Of a DNA stretch of 64,000 nt, positions 10,169-19,844 are shown piece after piece; positions within the stretch are counted from its first letter, which is position 1, and every line of letters starts with the position of its first letter. The stretch covers positions 2,016,001 to 2,080,000 of the forward strand of contig OZ242358.1 in assembly GCA_965208835.1 (NCBI GenBank), in the 5' to 3' direction. The stretch comes from Candidatus Latescibacterota bacterium (lineage in GTDB: Bacteria > Latescibacterota > UBA2968 > GCA-2709665). The notes beneath the pieces were generated by a model that did not search any database, had not been told where the DNA came from, and saw nothing but the letters and a program-made list of their open reading frames with translations. A program made the translations under genes and the position numbers.

Positions 10169-12139
10169 CTACCCGTTGGCATCTCTGTCAGCGTTGCTCC
10201 CGAAACCGATAAGGACCGCCGGAATCATCGCCAGGCCGATCAGCAGCCCGCACCACACCGGGTAGAAAAATGTCGCGCCGACGTACCCTGCGAGTGCCGC
10301 GATGCCCATTGTGGTGAGGGCGTATGGGAATTGCGTTTTCACGTGGTCCAGATGATCGCAGGAAGTGGCAAGGCTGGACATGACGGTCGTGTCACTTATC
10401 GGAGAGCAATGATCACCGAAGATCGCGCCGTCGAGTACGGCGGCGGCGGCGAGAATAGTGAGCGGGAGACCGCCCAGGCTGTGCGCAAGGGGAACCGCGG
10501 TGGGGATGAGGATCGCCATGGTCGCCCACGACGTGCCGATAGCGAAGGCGACTGACGCCGCCAGGAGGAAGATGAGCAGTGGCAGCAGGCCGGGTACCGC
10601 GATCGGCGACAGCGCTGCTGCGAGATAGGTGGATGTGCCGATGTCCTTGCAGACCGCCTGAATGGCCCACGCCATGATCAGGATGGCGATGGCATAGTGA
10701 ATACCCGTGACCCCCTGCGCCCAGGTCGTTAATGCCGCCAGAGGCCGAATGGGCGCGGGTCCTCCTGAGGGACGGCGCCTGGTAACCGCGATGCCCAGCG
10801 CGATCGCGGAACCCAGTATGGCGGAGAGAAAGAGCACCCGCGCGTTGTCGGCGTTCGAGAAACAGGCGGTCCAGTACGAGAAACTGAAGAGCGAACTCGT
10901 CAGGCGTATCGGTCGGACTTCCGGATTGGTCCAGGTATCCACGGCCATGCCGGCGATGACGGCGACGACGACGATCAGAACAGGCACGGCCGCCGCCCAC
11001 CAGGCGGGCCGAACGCCGTCGGCTGGCAGAACCTCCCTGCTTCGCCGCGCCGCAAGCGGCGTGGCGCCGGGCCGCAGCACCTGTCCGGTCGTCCTGGCCC
11101 GGTACTCTGCGCGGTACATGGGTCCGTAGTCCCGCTGGAGCCAGGCAGACGCTGCGACGAACGCCAATGTAAAAAGGCAGTAGAATCGAGCGGGAAGGGC
11201 GTGGAAGAAGAGTTGATAGCCCGAAAGGCCGGTGTCGAGATCCCGCATGAGGTCGCCGAAGAGTCCGACCTCGAATCCGATCCAGGTGCTGATGACCGCG
11301 ACGCCCGCCACCGGGGCGGCGGTGGAATCGACGATGTACGCGAGTTTTTCCCGGGAGATCCGGAACCGGTCGGCCATTGGCCGAAGGGTCGTGCCCGCCA
11401 CGATCGTATTGGCGTAGTCATCGAAGAATATCGCCAGTCCCATGAAGAATGCGGCCAGACGCGTGGACCGTGCGCTTTCCGATCGGGAGGCAAGGAGCGC
11501 GGCGATCCCCAGGTTGCCTCCCGCGAGCGATGTCACCCGTACCATGCCTATCAGGGCCGCGGTAAAGCCGAGAATGTAGAGTTGAAACGACGATCTGAGC
11601 GGGGTCCAGACGTAATTCACGGCGGCCTTTTCGAAGGCGGCGAACGGGAGTTCGTAGAGTGGGACCTCGCCTACCGTGAGAACGCCTCCGCAGAGAACGG
11701 CCAGCGACAGACCCAGGAGAACGCGTCCGCTGAAAATGGCCACCAGAATGGCCGCTATCGGCGGGAAGAGGCTCCAGCCGTCGATGGACCTCAGGCGCGT
11801 CCGACGTTGGGAAGCCGTTGTCGACGCGGTCAGAACCAGTCCATCCGCGCCTTCACGGCACGTAATCACGATTTCCGGCGCGCCGGACTCGGGAGTCTCT
11901 CGGCGTCGGCGCACCTCCTCGAAACCGGAACGGCAGCGGGGGTCCCCGTCGTCCGCGAGCCGCCACGGGCCGTCGCCCATGGCCTTCGACAGAATGGGTA
12001 GCTCGGTCACGATCTGCTGATGAATAACGCGGTCCCGGTTTTTCGGCAACACCGCTACGAAAACCGCGGCCAGCGAAAGTGCTGCCAGAACGCGCACCGA
12101 GGTGACTGTTATGCTTCTTTCCTTCGTTTCCGGATTCAT
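10169..12139 (-). CDS. Na+/H+ antiporter NhaC-family (ion transporter superfamily) protein
   Basis: FFDDYAN, SREKLAYIVDSTAAP, GTSWAT and GAIFGDHCSPISDTT motifs. Start placed at MNPET because the ORF-track extension runs into repeat A1. Confidence 0.85.
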   Translation of the reverse strand: MNPETKERSITVTSVRVLAALSLAAVFVAVLPKNRDRVIHQQIVTELPILSKAMGDGPWRLADDGDPRCRSGFEEVRRRRETPESGAPEIVITCREGADGLVLTASTTASQRRTRLRSIDGWSLFPPIAAILVAIFSGRVLLGLSLAVLCGGVLTVGEVPLYELPFAAFEKAAVNYVWTPLRSSFQLYILGFTAALIGMVRVTSLAGGNLGIAALLASRSESARSTRLAAFFMGLAIFFDDYANTIVAGTTLRPMADRFRISREKLAYIVDSTAAPVAGVAVISTWIGFEVGLFGDLMRDLDTGLSGYQLFFHALPARFYCLFTLAFVAASAWLQRDYGPMYRAEYRARTTGQVLRPGATPLAARRSREVLPADGVRPAWWAAAVPVLIVVVAVIAGMAVDTWTNPEVRPIRLTSSLFSFSYWTACFSNADNARVLFLSAILGSAIALGIAVTRRRPSGGPAPIRPLAALTTWAQGVTGIHYAIAILIMAWAIQAVCKDIGTSTYLAAALSPIAVPGLLPLLIFLLAASVAFAIGTSWATMAILIPTAVPLAHSLGGLPLTILAAAAVLDGAIFGDHCSPISDTTVMSSLATSCDHLDHVKTQFPYALTTMGIAALAGYVGATFFYPVWCGLLIGLAMIPAVLIGFGSNADRDANG

Positions 12140-12283
12140 GGGTCGCCTGTCGCTGCGACGGACTGGATGGAAGCCTGTTGAGGTTGCGATTCCGCGCGAG
12201 GGATGCGCTCGTTGGAAAAAGACGTTTCTATTCGAACGATAGCGTCCTATCTTTATGGTGGACGAGTTGACCGGGGCAGGCCT

Positions 12284-12449
12284 TAGCAGTCCGTTGATAA
12301 AGTCGCTCTGCAGGCGAGGCCGAGCCATTGTGGCCGAAGACAAGGCGCGCAACCGAGTCCCATCCTGCGATTCGGCGAGGGCGCGCAACGCGGTATTTCG
12401 ACCGCAAGGGCCGGCCGCAGCCCGGATGGGCTTTTTCTACGGGCTTTTA
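12284..12449 (+). repeat. Palindromic intergenic element, family A, copy A1 (MITE/REP-like)
   Basis: Imperfect terminal inverted repeats TAGCAGTCCGTTGATAAAGTC...GGCTTTTTCTACGGGCTTTTA; reverse complement of the copies at 26265 and 47194. Confidence 0.85.
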
Positions 12450-12591
12450 GGCGAAGATCAACGACCGACACCCGGAAGCGGCGAGCGAGCGCCGAATGTC
12501 ACTCGGTCGAGGGCAGGTTGAAGGGCGTTGCCATCAACGTGGCAACCCGTCGTCTGCAATGACACCGATCAGCTTTATCTGAAGGGGTGCC

Positions 12592-13386
12592 ATGATAGAC
12601 CGGTTTAAGGAACGAGCCAACGAAATTCTGGACAAGGCGCAGACGGGCGACAGGACGAGTCGACTGATCGACCTGTTCATCATGGGATTGATTGTCCTCA
12701 ACGTCGTGGCGGTCATCCTGGAAACGGTGGAGACCGTGCTGGCGTCGTACCGCTGGGCATTTGAGGCGTTCGATGCTTTTTCCGTGGGTGTCTTTACCAT
12801 CGAATACCTGCTTCGCCTGTGGTCGTGTACCGCGGACGGTCGGTATTCCCGTCCCGTTCGGGGTCGGATACGGTTTTTCCTGACGCCACTGGCCCTCGTG
12901 GACCTGATTGCGATCCTCCCGTTCTATCTTCCTCTGGTGACAACGGTCGATCTGCGGGTCCTTCGCGCCATGAGGCTCTTGCGGTTGTTCAAGCTGGGAC
13001 GGTATTCCACTTCGTTGCAGACGCTTGGGAATGTGCTGCGGAAGCACAGGGGCGAACTGGTCGTGACACTCTTCGTCCTGCTGATCATGCTGGTCATTGC
13101 GTCGACGTTGATGTATTTTGCCGAACATCGTGCTCAGCCCGATGCCTTCTCAAGTATACCCTCGGCGATGTGGTGGGGCATCGTAACGCTCACGACGGTG
13201 GGGTACGGAGACACGTACCCGGTAACCGGCGTGGGAAAAGTACTGGGTGCGGTGATCGCGCTTCTGGGAATCGGAATGTTCGCCCTTCCGGCAGGTATCC
13301 TGGGTTCAGGGTTTGCCGGAGAGATCGACCGGCGAAAGGAAGAAGGCGGTGTCTGTCCGCACTGCGGACGTGAGATGGAGTCGTGA
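12592..13386 (+). CDS. Voltage-gated-type potassium channel (ion transport protein)
   Basis: TTVGYGD filter, Arg-rich S4 (LRVLRAMRLLRLFKLGR), C-terminal CPHCG. Confidence 0.92.
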   Translation: MIDRFKERANEILDKAQTGDRTSRLIDLFIMGLIVLNVVAVILETVETVLASYRWAFEAFDAFSVGVFTIEYLLRLWSCTADGRYSRPVRGRIRFFLTPLALVDLIAILPFYLPLVTTVDLRVLRAMRLLRLFKLGRYSTSLQTLGNVLRKHRGELVVTLFVLLIMLVIASTLMYFAEHRAQPDAFSSIPSAMWWGIVTLTTVGYGDTYPVTGVGKVLGAVIALLGIGMFALPAGILGSGFAGEIDRRKEEGGVCPHCGREMES

Positions 13387-13573
13387 GAAGCTGTTTTAAG
13401 ATTACCGGCGAATTCCCGAGCGCGAGCGAAAAAGTGGCGGTCAAGGCGGAAAAATCCGGCTATGAGAGGCGAGCAAGCGCAGCCTCGATCTCGTAAGACG
13501 GGTGGATTTGACCAACGCCGACCGGCGCTTTTGCAGCCGTGCGAAGACCGCTGGGAATTTTAAGACAGCTTCT
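13386..13573 (+). repeat. Palindromic intergenic element, family B, copy B1
   Basis: Terminal inverted repeats AGAAGCTGTTTTAAGATT...AATTTTAAGACAGCTTCT; arms shared with the copies at 26540 and 50073; begins in the stop codon of the K+ channel gene. Confidence 0.85.
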
Positions 13574-13616
13574 GCACCTGTCGTAATTCGAGCGAATCAG
13601 CAAAGGAGCGTCCAGA

Positions 13617-14414
13617 ATGGAGACGACTGTTGGATGTACGACCCGGCCCTACGGCCAGCTGAGTTACAGCGAAGCCTACGGCCGGATTGCGGAAGCCGGC
13701 TACTCGGACGTGGCGGTTTTTGCGAATGAAGGCCAGGTGCCTGTGGGACCCGGGAGCTCTCCGGCCGAGGTCGCCGCGGTGCGCAACGCGGCGGATGCAG
13801 CAGGCGTGGTCCCTTCGATGCTCATCGGTGGCACCCAGCTGGGCGGGGGGCTTGAGGCAGCGGTGGACGCCTACAAGCGGCTGATTGACAATGCGGCCGC
13901 GCTGGGCACGACCTGGCTCCTGGATTGCGGGACCAGCAACGAGGCCCACTTCGACGACTATTTCGAGTTGATGCGGCAGTCCGCGCCCCATGCGTACGAG
14001 GTCGGCGTGAATATAACCATGAAGCCCCACGGTGGCATCAGTCTCACCGTATCCCACCTTCTTGCGGCCAACGGCAACGTCAACCACCCGGCCTTCGGCA
14101 TCTGTTTCGATCCAGGCAATATCATCTACTATACGAAAGGCGACCTGCGGCCCGAGACAGACGTCTCGGAAGTGGCGTCCGTGGTGACAACGGGAATTAT
14201 CAAGGACTGCACAGTCACCGACGGTGTTCCCGAGGTGATGGTAACTCCGGGCGACGGGCTTGTTGATTTCCATTCGGTGTTGTCCGGACTGGCCGGCGGC
14301 GGTTTCGGCGGGCCGCTCTACGTGGAATGCGTGGGTGGGAAGGAGCCGGATGAGGTGGACCGGGACATCGCATTTACGCGGGGGTACGTCGAGGGGATCC
14401 TTTCCGGGCTCTAA
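13617..14414 (+). CDS. Sugar phosphate isomerase/epimerase (xylose isomerase-like TIM barrel)
   Basis: MKPHGG, FDPGNI, KDC...PGDGLVDF and GPLYVEC motifs. Confidence 0.8.
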   Translation: METTVGCTTRPYGQLSYSEAYGRIAEAGYSDVAVFANEGQVPVGPGSSPAEVAAVRNAADAAGVVPSMLIGGTQLGGGLEAAVDAYKRLIDNAAALGTTWLLDCGTSNEAHFDDYFELMRQSAPHAYEVGVNITMKPHGGISLTVSHLLAANGNVNHPAFGICFDPGNIIYYTKGDLRPETDVSEVASVVTTGIIKDCTVTDGVPEVMVTPGDGLVDFHSVLSGLAGGGFGGPLYVECVGGKEPDEVDRDIAFTRGYVEGILSGL

Positions 14415-14428
14415 CGGCGATTCGATCG

Positions 14429-14812
14429 TCAGTCCAGAACCGCCGTGACTTCGATTTCAACGTTGGCTCCGGCCGGGAGGGCAACCACCTGCACGCAGCT
14501 TCGCCCGGGAGGGTCATTCGGGAAATATTCAGCGTAGACGGCGTTCATTTCGGCAAATTCCGATATGTCCGTCATATAGACAACCGTCCGGACCGCGTGG
14601 TCCATCGTGGCGCCCGCGGCCTCCAGGATCGCCGCGATATTTTCCAGCGTCTGACGGGTTTCCGCGGCAATACCGCCGCTGACAATTGTGCCTGTTGCGG
14701 GGTCGATTCCCTTTTCGCCCGCGACGAAGATCAACTCGCCGGTTTTTATGGCCTGCGAATAGGGACCCACTGGAAGCGCGGCTCTATCGGTGGTAATCAC
14801 CTCTTTCTGCAT
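14429..14812 (-). CDS. ridA: RidA/YjgF family reactive imine deaminase
   Basis: GPYSQAI, MNAVYAEYF and PPGRSCVQVVALP...VEIE motifs. Confidence 0.88.
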   Translation of the reverse strand: MQKEVITTDRAALPVGPYSQAIKTGELIFVAGEKGIDPATGTIVSGGIAAETRQTLENIAAILEAAGATMDHAVRTVVYMTDISEFAEMNAVYAEYFPNDPPGRSCVQVVALPAGANVEIEVTAVLD

Positions 14813-14874
14813 GACGCGATATCTCCATTCTTAACAATGATTAGTAAGTTTTCATGGACGTCAATTCGAAAGCG

Positions 14875-15035
14875 GGTAGACGGGAGACGTAAGACGGTAG
14901 AAGATGTCCTCGCCGGCTAATTTATACCTCCTTGCCTCCGGCACGAAGAGAAGCCTCACAAGGCAGGATATCTCTACCCTCTACCGGCTACCGTCTCACC
15001 GCTCTTGGTCTACCGTCTTCCCTTTACCCTCTACC
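14875..15035. repeat. Inverted pair of degenerate heptamer tandem arrays
   Basis: 4 GGTAGAC-like units at 14875-14902, then ~9 (G/C)TCTACC-like units (the reverse complement) at 14972-15035. Confidence 0.75.
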
Positions 15036-15317
15036 CGCATTCAGGCTTTTTGTGGCCAATTTGACTGTAGTCTTTTTCGATTTGAGTTTAATTGTGGTAC
15101 GTCTTGTGTCAATATCGAAGGGACGGTTGCGTGCCGGGGTCTGCGGCGGATGGCGTTGCCCCCTTCCGTGGTCGTCTTTGATAACGTCATCCTGCGGGAT
15201 TGTCAAGGAGAAATACCCGGATCGTCCGCACCGGCGCGTCGAACACGGGTCAGAAAACGCGTGCCGGTCCGGATTCCTGTCTGCGGCGGCTCCGAATGTG
15301 AATGAGGGAATGCGTCT

Positions 15318-15743
15318 ATGGGTAATGGATCTCGAGATGTCAGACGACTGGAACTGCCCAGTTGCGTAGAGTCGCTGCATGAGGCAGTGGATGCCGCGGC
15401 GCGGGTCACTGCCGATCTGGAGATGAGCGAAGATGCCTGCGACGAGGTGGCCATTGCGCTCACCGAAGCCGTGAACAATGCCATTTTCCATGGAAATGAG
15501 GGTGTGCGGGAGAAAGCGTTCACGGTCGAATTCACCGTGGTGGACGGGATGCTGGATATCGCGGTCCTGGATCAGGGTCCGGGCTTCGACCCGGCGGAGG
15601 TACCGGATCCGCTCGCTGAGGAAAACCTGTTGAATCCGTCCGGACGCGGCCTGCTGATGATGCGTGCCATGGTGGACGACGTCCAGCATCATTTTTGCGA
15701 GGCCGGTACGAGGGTCGTCCTACGCAAACGCATCGCATCCTGA
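15318..15743 (+). CDS. Anti-sigma factor / Ser-Thr kinase, RsbW-like (HATPase_c)
   Basis: LTEAVNNAIFHGN, DQGPGFD and GRGLLMMRAMVD motifs. Confidence 0.88.
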   Translation: MGNGSRDVRRLELPSCVESLHEAVDAAARVTADLEMSEDACDEVAIALTEAVNNAIFHGNEGVREKAFTVEFTVVDGMLDIAVLDQGPGFDPAEVPDPLAEENLLNPSGRGLLMMRAMVDDVQHHFCEAGTRVVLRKRIAS

Positions 15744-15750
15744 AGAATAG

Positions 15751-15946
15751 ACGAGAATACGAGAAAACCAGAAGACGAATGATGTATTCCCGCTCTTTCG
15801 TAGTTTCGTCTTCTCGTAGTCTCGCTCTTTCGTAGTTTCGTCTTCTCGTAGTTTCGCTCTTTCGTATTCTCGCAGTTTCGCTCTTTCGTAGTTCCGTTCT
15901 TTCGTAGTTCCGTTCTTTCGTAGTTTCGTAGTCTCGTTCTCTCGAG
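15751..15946. repeat. Inverted pair of degenerate octamer tandem arrays
   Basis: ~4 ACGAGAAT-like units at 15751-15782, then ~20 CTTTCGTA/GTTTCGCT-like units at 15787-15946. Confidence 0.85.
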
Positions 15947-15954
15947 GTCTCTCC

Positions 15955-17028
15955 ATGCGTATCGAATCTATTGAGACAATTTTGCTTTCCTGTTTCTGGG
16001 GGCCGTCCGATCGGGGAGTCAAGCGGACCTGGCCCCTTCAGCTTGTCCGGGCGGATAACGGGCTCGTGGGCATTGGAAGGGGTGGTAGCGCCGAGCTGAT
16101 CGAGCGGGAATTCGCGCCGATACTCGTGGGCGAAGATCCGCGCCGGCCCGCCCGGCTCTGGCAGCGGATGTATGATCTCGCGTGGCGATTTCGGGGTCCG
16201 GGACGTTCCGCGATGGGCACGATCGGCGCTCTGGACGTGGCGATCTGGGATTTGTATGGCAGGGCGTGCGGCGAACCGGTCTGGCGGCTGCTGGGCGGCT
16301 TTCGGGACCGTGTCACCGCGTACGCGGACGGGATCGGCTACGAACACCAGAACGCGGAAGAGGTTGCCGCCCTGGTCAGGAAACACGCGGACCTGGGATT
16401 CAAGGCCGTGAAGTTTCATCTGTCGAATGACGATCGGGAACTCGCGCTGGACAAGGTCAGGCTGTCGCGCCGGGCTCTGGGCGACGACACGAGGTTGATG
16501 ATCGACATCCACAGGATGTGGGAGGGGAAGACGGCGGCTCAGATGGCGCGTCGGTTCGAGCCGTACGACCTGTACTGGATCGAGGAACCCGTGCGCGGCG
16601 ACGACGAGGCGTCGCACATGCGGATGGTGCGGGAGGCCACGGGGTCTCTGGTTGCCGGCGGCGAGAGCGAGGGCACGCTTTATGGCATTCGTCACCTGAT
16701 CGTAGACGGCGGCCTTCAGGTCGTCCAGTCGGATATCATCGGAGGCGGCGGGTTTACCGGACTCATGCGGATGGCGGCGCTGGCCGAGGCGCACCACGTC
16801 TACGTTGCGCCTCACGGTGCCTCGTTTCCGGAAATCAACTGCCACCTGATCGCCGCCGCGCCCAACGGGCTGATGGTTTCCGCATGCCCGCATACCGAGC
16901 CGTACCAGATCTGGTCGGAACTCTACGATCCGCCTTTTCAGATCGTAGATGGAATGATCCAAATGGGGGACGAACCCGGCCTCGGGCTGACGCTGAACGA
17001 AGAATTCATCGCTGCGCATAGGGTGTAA
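15955..17028 (+). CDS. Mandelate racemase/muconate lactonizing enzyme family (enolase superfamily)
   Basis: GALDVAIWDLYG, KAVKF, LMID, WIEEP, AGGE, APHG and PGLG motifs. Confidence 0.88.
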   Translation: MRIESIETILLSCFWGPSDRGVKRTWPLQLVRADNGLVGIGRGGSAELIEREFAPILVGEDPRRPARLWQRMYDLAWRFRGPGRSAMGTIGALDVAIWDLYGRACGEPVWRLLGGFRDRVTAYADGIGYEHQNAEEVAALVRKHADLGFKAVKFHLSNDDRELALDKVRLSRRALGDDTRLMIDIHRMWEGKTAAQMARRFEPYDLYWIEEPVRGDDEASHMRMVREATGSLVAGGESEGTLYGIRHLIVDGGLQVVQSDIIGGGGFTGLMRMAALAEAHHVYVAPHGASFPEINCHLIAAAPNGLMVSACPHTEPYQIWSELYDPPFQIVDGMIQMGDEPGLGLTLNEEFIAAHRV

Positions 17029-17075
17029 GGCAAGGAATAAGGCACTGTCGTACTGTCGTGCCGGAGTTGCCATCC

Positions 17076-17642
17076 ATGACCAGACCAGGCCAGTTGGAAC
17101 GCGCGGAACTGAACGAGGAACAGGCGCGGATTTACGACGCCATCATCGAGACCAGGGGCAGCATCGCCGGGCCGTTCGGAATCTGGCTGTACAGTCCCGA
17201 GTTGGCCGACCGTGCGCAGAGCCTGGGCGAATTCGTCCGGTACCGCACCTGCCTGGAGCCGAGGCTCAGCGAGCTCGCCATTCTCGTTACGGCGCGATTC
17301 TGGGATTGCCAGGTGGAGTGGTCCCTGCACGAACCCTTCGCCGTGGAAAGCGGGTTGAGCGAAAGGGCCATCGACGCGGTCCGTCACGGGAGGGATCCCC
17401 ATTTCGGCCGAGACGACGAACGCGCGGTTTTCGACTACGTCAGCGAGTTGCTCAACAATCGATTCATTCCGGACGGCATTTTCAACGCCGCACGGGAAGC
17501 GCTCGGCAAGACCGGTGTCGTGGAGTTGACCGGGATTGTCGGCTACTACAGCCTGGTGGCGCAGACGCTCAATGCGTTTCAGGTCCCGGTTCCCGAGGGT
17601 TGCGCGCCAACCCTTGTCGACTGCACCACGTTCAATCCTTAG
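17076..17642 (+). CDS. Carboxymuconolactone decarboxylase/AhpD-like family protein
   Basis: GPFGIWLYSPEL, ELAILVTAR...EWSLH and VVELTGIVGYY motifs. Confidence 0.82.
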   Translation: MTRPGQLERAELNEEQARIYDAIIETRGSIAGPFGIWLYSPELADRAQSLGEFVRYRTCLEPRLSELAILVTARFWDCQVEWSLHEPFAVESGLSERAIDAVRHGRDPHFGRDDERAVFDYVSELLNNRFIPDGIFNAAREALGKTGVVELTGIVGYYSLVAQTLNAFQVPVPEGCAPTLVDCTTFNP

Positions 17643-17752
17643 CGGCGCTACGTCGTCAATGCCTGGCTTTGCTCCAGGCGACGCCAGATTCAGACAGAAG
17701 TATCCTCGAGTGTTGGATCGAACGTAAGAAGTTGAAAATATGCATCTTCTGT

Positions 17753-18967
17753 ATGGAATCAAACCTGAATATCAGTAATCCGAGTCTCCGTCCGAAGCTG
17801 CGCGCGGCAGGTCTGGTACTGCCGCTGATGGCCTTTGTCGGATTCACCTTTGCGGCCCCGCTCGGGACCATGCTCGTGCGAAGCGTTTACGATCCCGTGG
17901 TCGCCGACGCGATGCCGCGTACACTCGAACTGCTGAGCGACTGGGACGGCAGGGGCGCTCCCTCGGAGGCGGTCTACGCATCCGCCGCCCGCGAACTCTT
18001 GAAGGCACGCGAGAGTCGGACCCTCGGGCAGATTGCCAGCCGCGTGAACCGGGTCCAGGGCGGGCTGCGAAGCGTGTTGACGAAGAGCGCGCGGCGGCTC
18101 CGGCGCGTGGACAGCGGACCATGGCGCGACGCGATGATCGGCATCGACTCCGACTGGGGCGATGCTCGAACCTGGCACGCCATCCGAAGCGCCGGTGAGC
18201 GTTATACCGCACGCCACTATCTGAACGCCCTCGACCTTCAGAGCCTGCCCGGCGGTTCAATCGCACGCCAGCCAGAGGAGCGCCGCATCTACCTTCCCTT
18301 GTTGTGGCGTACCCTCTGGGTGAGCCTGACCATAACGACGCTCTGCCTGTTGCTCGGCTACCCCATTGCTCATCTGATCGCGCATTCGCCCCCGCGTATC
18401 GGCAATCTGCTTCTGATTCTCGTATTGATCCCCTTCTGGACATCGCTGCTGGTTCGTACCACCTCCTGGATCGTCCTGCTGCAGACCCAGGGCGTCCTCA
18501 ACGACCTGTTCGTGGCTCTCGGTCTGATCGGCGACGACGGACGTCTGGCGATGATTTACAACATGACCGGAACACTGGTGGCGATGACGCACGTACTGCT
18601 TCCGTTCATGATTCTCCCGCTTTATTCGATCATGCGCGCCATCCCGCCCATTCAGATGAGCGCCGCGGCCTCACTTGGCGCGAGTCCCTTTCAGGCATTC
18701 CGGCGCGTGTACTGGCCCCAGACCCTGCCCGGCGTGAGCGCGGGATCGCTCCTGGTGTTCATCCTCGCGATCGGTTACTATATCACCCCCGCGCTTGTGG
18801 GCGGAAGCAGCGGGCAGCTTATATCGAACATGATTGCCTTCCATATGCAGACCTCGCTCAACTGGGGTCTTGCCGCGGCGCTGGGCGGCATCCTGCTGGC
18901 CTGCGTAGGCGCACTGTATGTGCTCTACGACCGCATGGTGGGAATCGAGCGGATGAGGTTGGGCTGA
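17753..18967 (+). CDS. Polyamine-type ABC transporter permease (PotB-like)
   Basis: LGYPIA, PFWTSLLVRT, LPFMILPLY and EAA-loop SAAASLGA; start chosen at MESNL. Confidence 0.88.
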   Translation: MESNLNISNPSLRPKLRAAGLVLPLMAFVGFTFAAPLGTMLVRSVYDPVVADAMPRTLELLSDWDGRGAPSEAVYASAARELLKARESRTLGQIASRVNRVQGGLRSVLTKSARRLRRVDSGPWRDAMIGIDSDWGDARTWHAIRSAGERYTARHYLNALDLQSLPGGSIARQPEERRIYLPLLWRTLWVSLTITTLCLLLGYPIAHLIAHSPPRIGNLLLILVLIPFWTSLLVRTTSWIVLLQTQGVLNDLFVALGLIGDDGRLAMIYNMTGTLVAMTHVLLPFMILPLYSIMRAIPPIQMSAAASLGASPFQAFRRVYWPQTLPGVSAGSLLVFILAIGYYITPALVGGSSGQLISNMIAFHMQTSLNWGLAAALGGILLACVGALYVLYDRMVGIERMRLG

Positions 18968-18968
18968 G

Positions 18969-19793
18969 ATGGCGCCAGTCGAAACGCGGGAACGCGTGGG
19001 CCGTTATCTCTACACCGGCTTCTGTGCCGCGGTGTTTTTGTTTCTTGTCGCGCCAATCCTGGTGATTGTACCCCTGAGCTTCAATGCCCAGCCTTACTTC
19101 ACGTTTACCGAGGGCATGCTGCGCCTGGATGCCGAAGCCTGGTCGTTGCGCTGGTACCGGCAGATCATCGAGAACGAGGTGTGGACGCGCGCGCTTCTCA
19201 ACAGCCTGATTATCGGGGTCGCCTCCACGGTCCTGGCGACCGGCCTGGGTACGCTCGCGGCGATGGGCCTTTCCAACCCGGCCATGCCCGGCCGGCGCCT
19301 TGCGATGGGACTGCTCATTTCGCCCATGGTGACTCCGGTGATTATCGCGGCGGCGGGCATGTTCTTCTTCTACTCGAACCTGGGACTGGCGCAGACGCAT
19401 CTGGGCCTGATTCTGGCGCATGCGGCGCTGGGAACCCCGTTTGTCGTAATCACGGTGACCGCCACGCTGTCCGGCTTCGACACCAACCTGACGCGCGCGG
19501 CCGCGAGTCTCGGCGCGGGGCCTGTGCGGACCTTTCGTCGCGTTCAATTCCCGTTGATCGCGCCCGGCGTGATCTCGGGGGCGCTCTTCGCATTCGCCAC
19601 GTCTTTCGATGAAGTGGTCGTGGTGCTGTTCATGGCCGCGATCGAACAGCGTACGATTCCGCGCCAGATGTGGGCCGGCATCCGGGAGCAGATCAGCCCG
19701 ACCATCCTTGCGGTGGCGACGTTTCTGATTGTATTCGCCGTTCTGCTGCTCTTCGCCGTCGAGTGGATGCGAAGGCGTTCCACCTCGAGATAG
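18969..19793 (+). CDS. Polyamine-type ABC transporter permease (PotC-like)
   Basis: WSLRWY, RAAASLGA and FATSFDEVV motifs. Confidence 0.9.
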   Translation: MAPVETRERVGRYLYTGFCAAVFLFLVAPILVIVPLSFNAQPYFTFTEGMLRLDAEAWSLRWYRQIIENEVWTRALLNSLIIGVASTVLATGLGTLAAMGLSNPAMPGRRLAMGLLISPMVTPVIIAAAGMFFFYSNLGLAQTHLGLILAHAALGTPFVVITVTATLSGFDTNLTRAAASLGAGPVRTFRRVQFPLIAPGVISGALFAFATSFDEVVVVLFMAAIEQRTIPRQMWAGIREQISPTILAVATFLIVFAVLLLFAVEWMRRRSTSR

Positions 19794-19844
19794 GCCGCGG
19801 CGCATCGGCAATTCTGAGCCAACAACACACCAGGCAGAAAGCAA

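Noticed and set aside
15751-15946. Possible CRISPR array
   Set aside because: Contiguous degenerate 8-mers with no unique spacers and no cas genes.
15720-16022. ORF with RENETTK/ERNYER repeats, and the tail of the 513-aa minus ORF
   Set aside because: A translation of the octamer DNA array, antisense to real genes.
17306-17752. N-terminal extension of the 553-aa permease ORF
   Set aside because: Overlaps the CMD-family gene out of frame; permease-like sequence starts near 17753.
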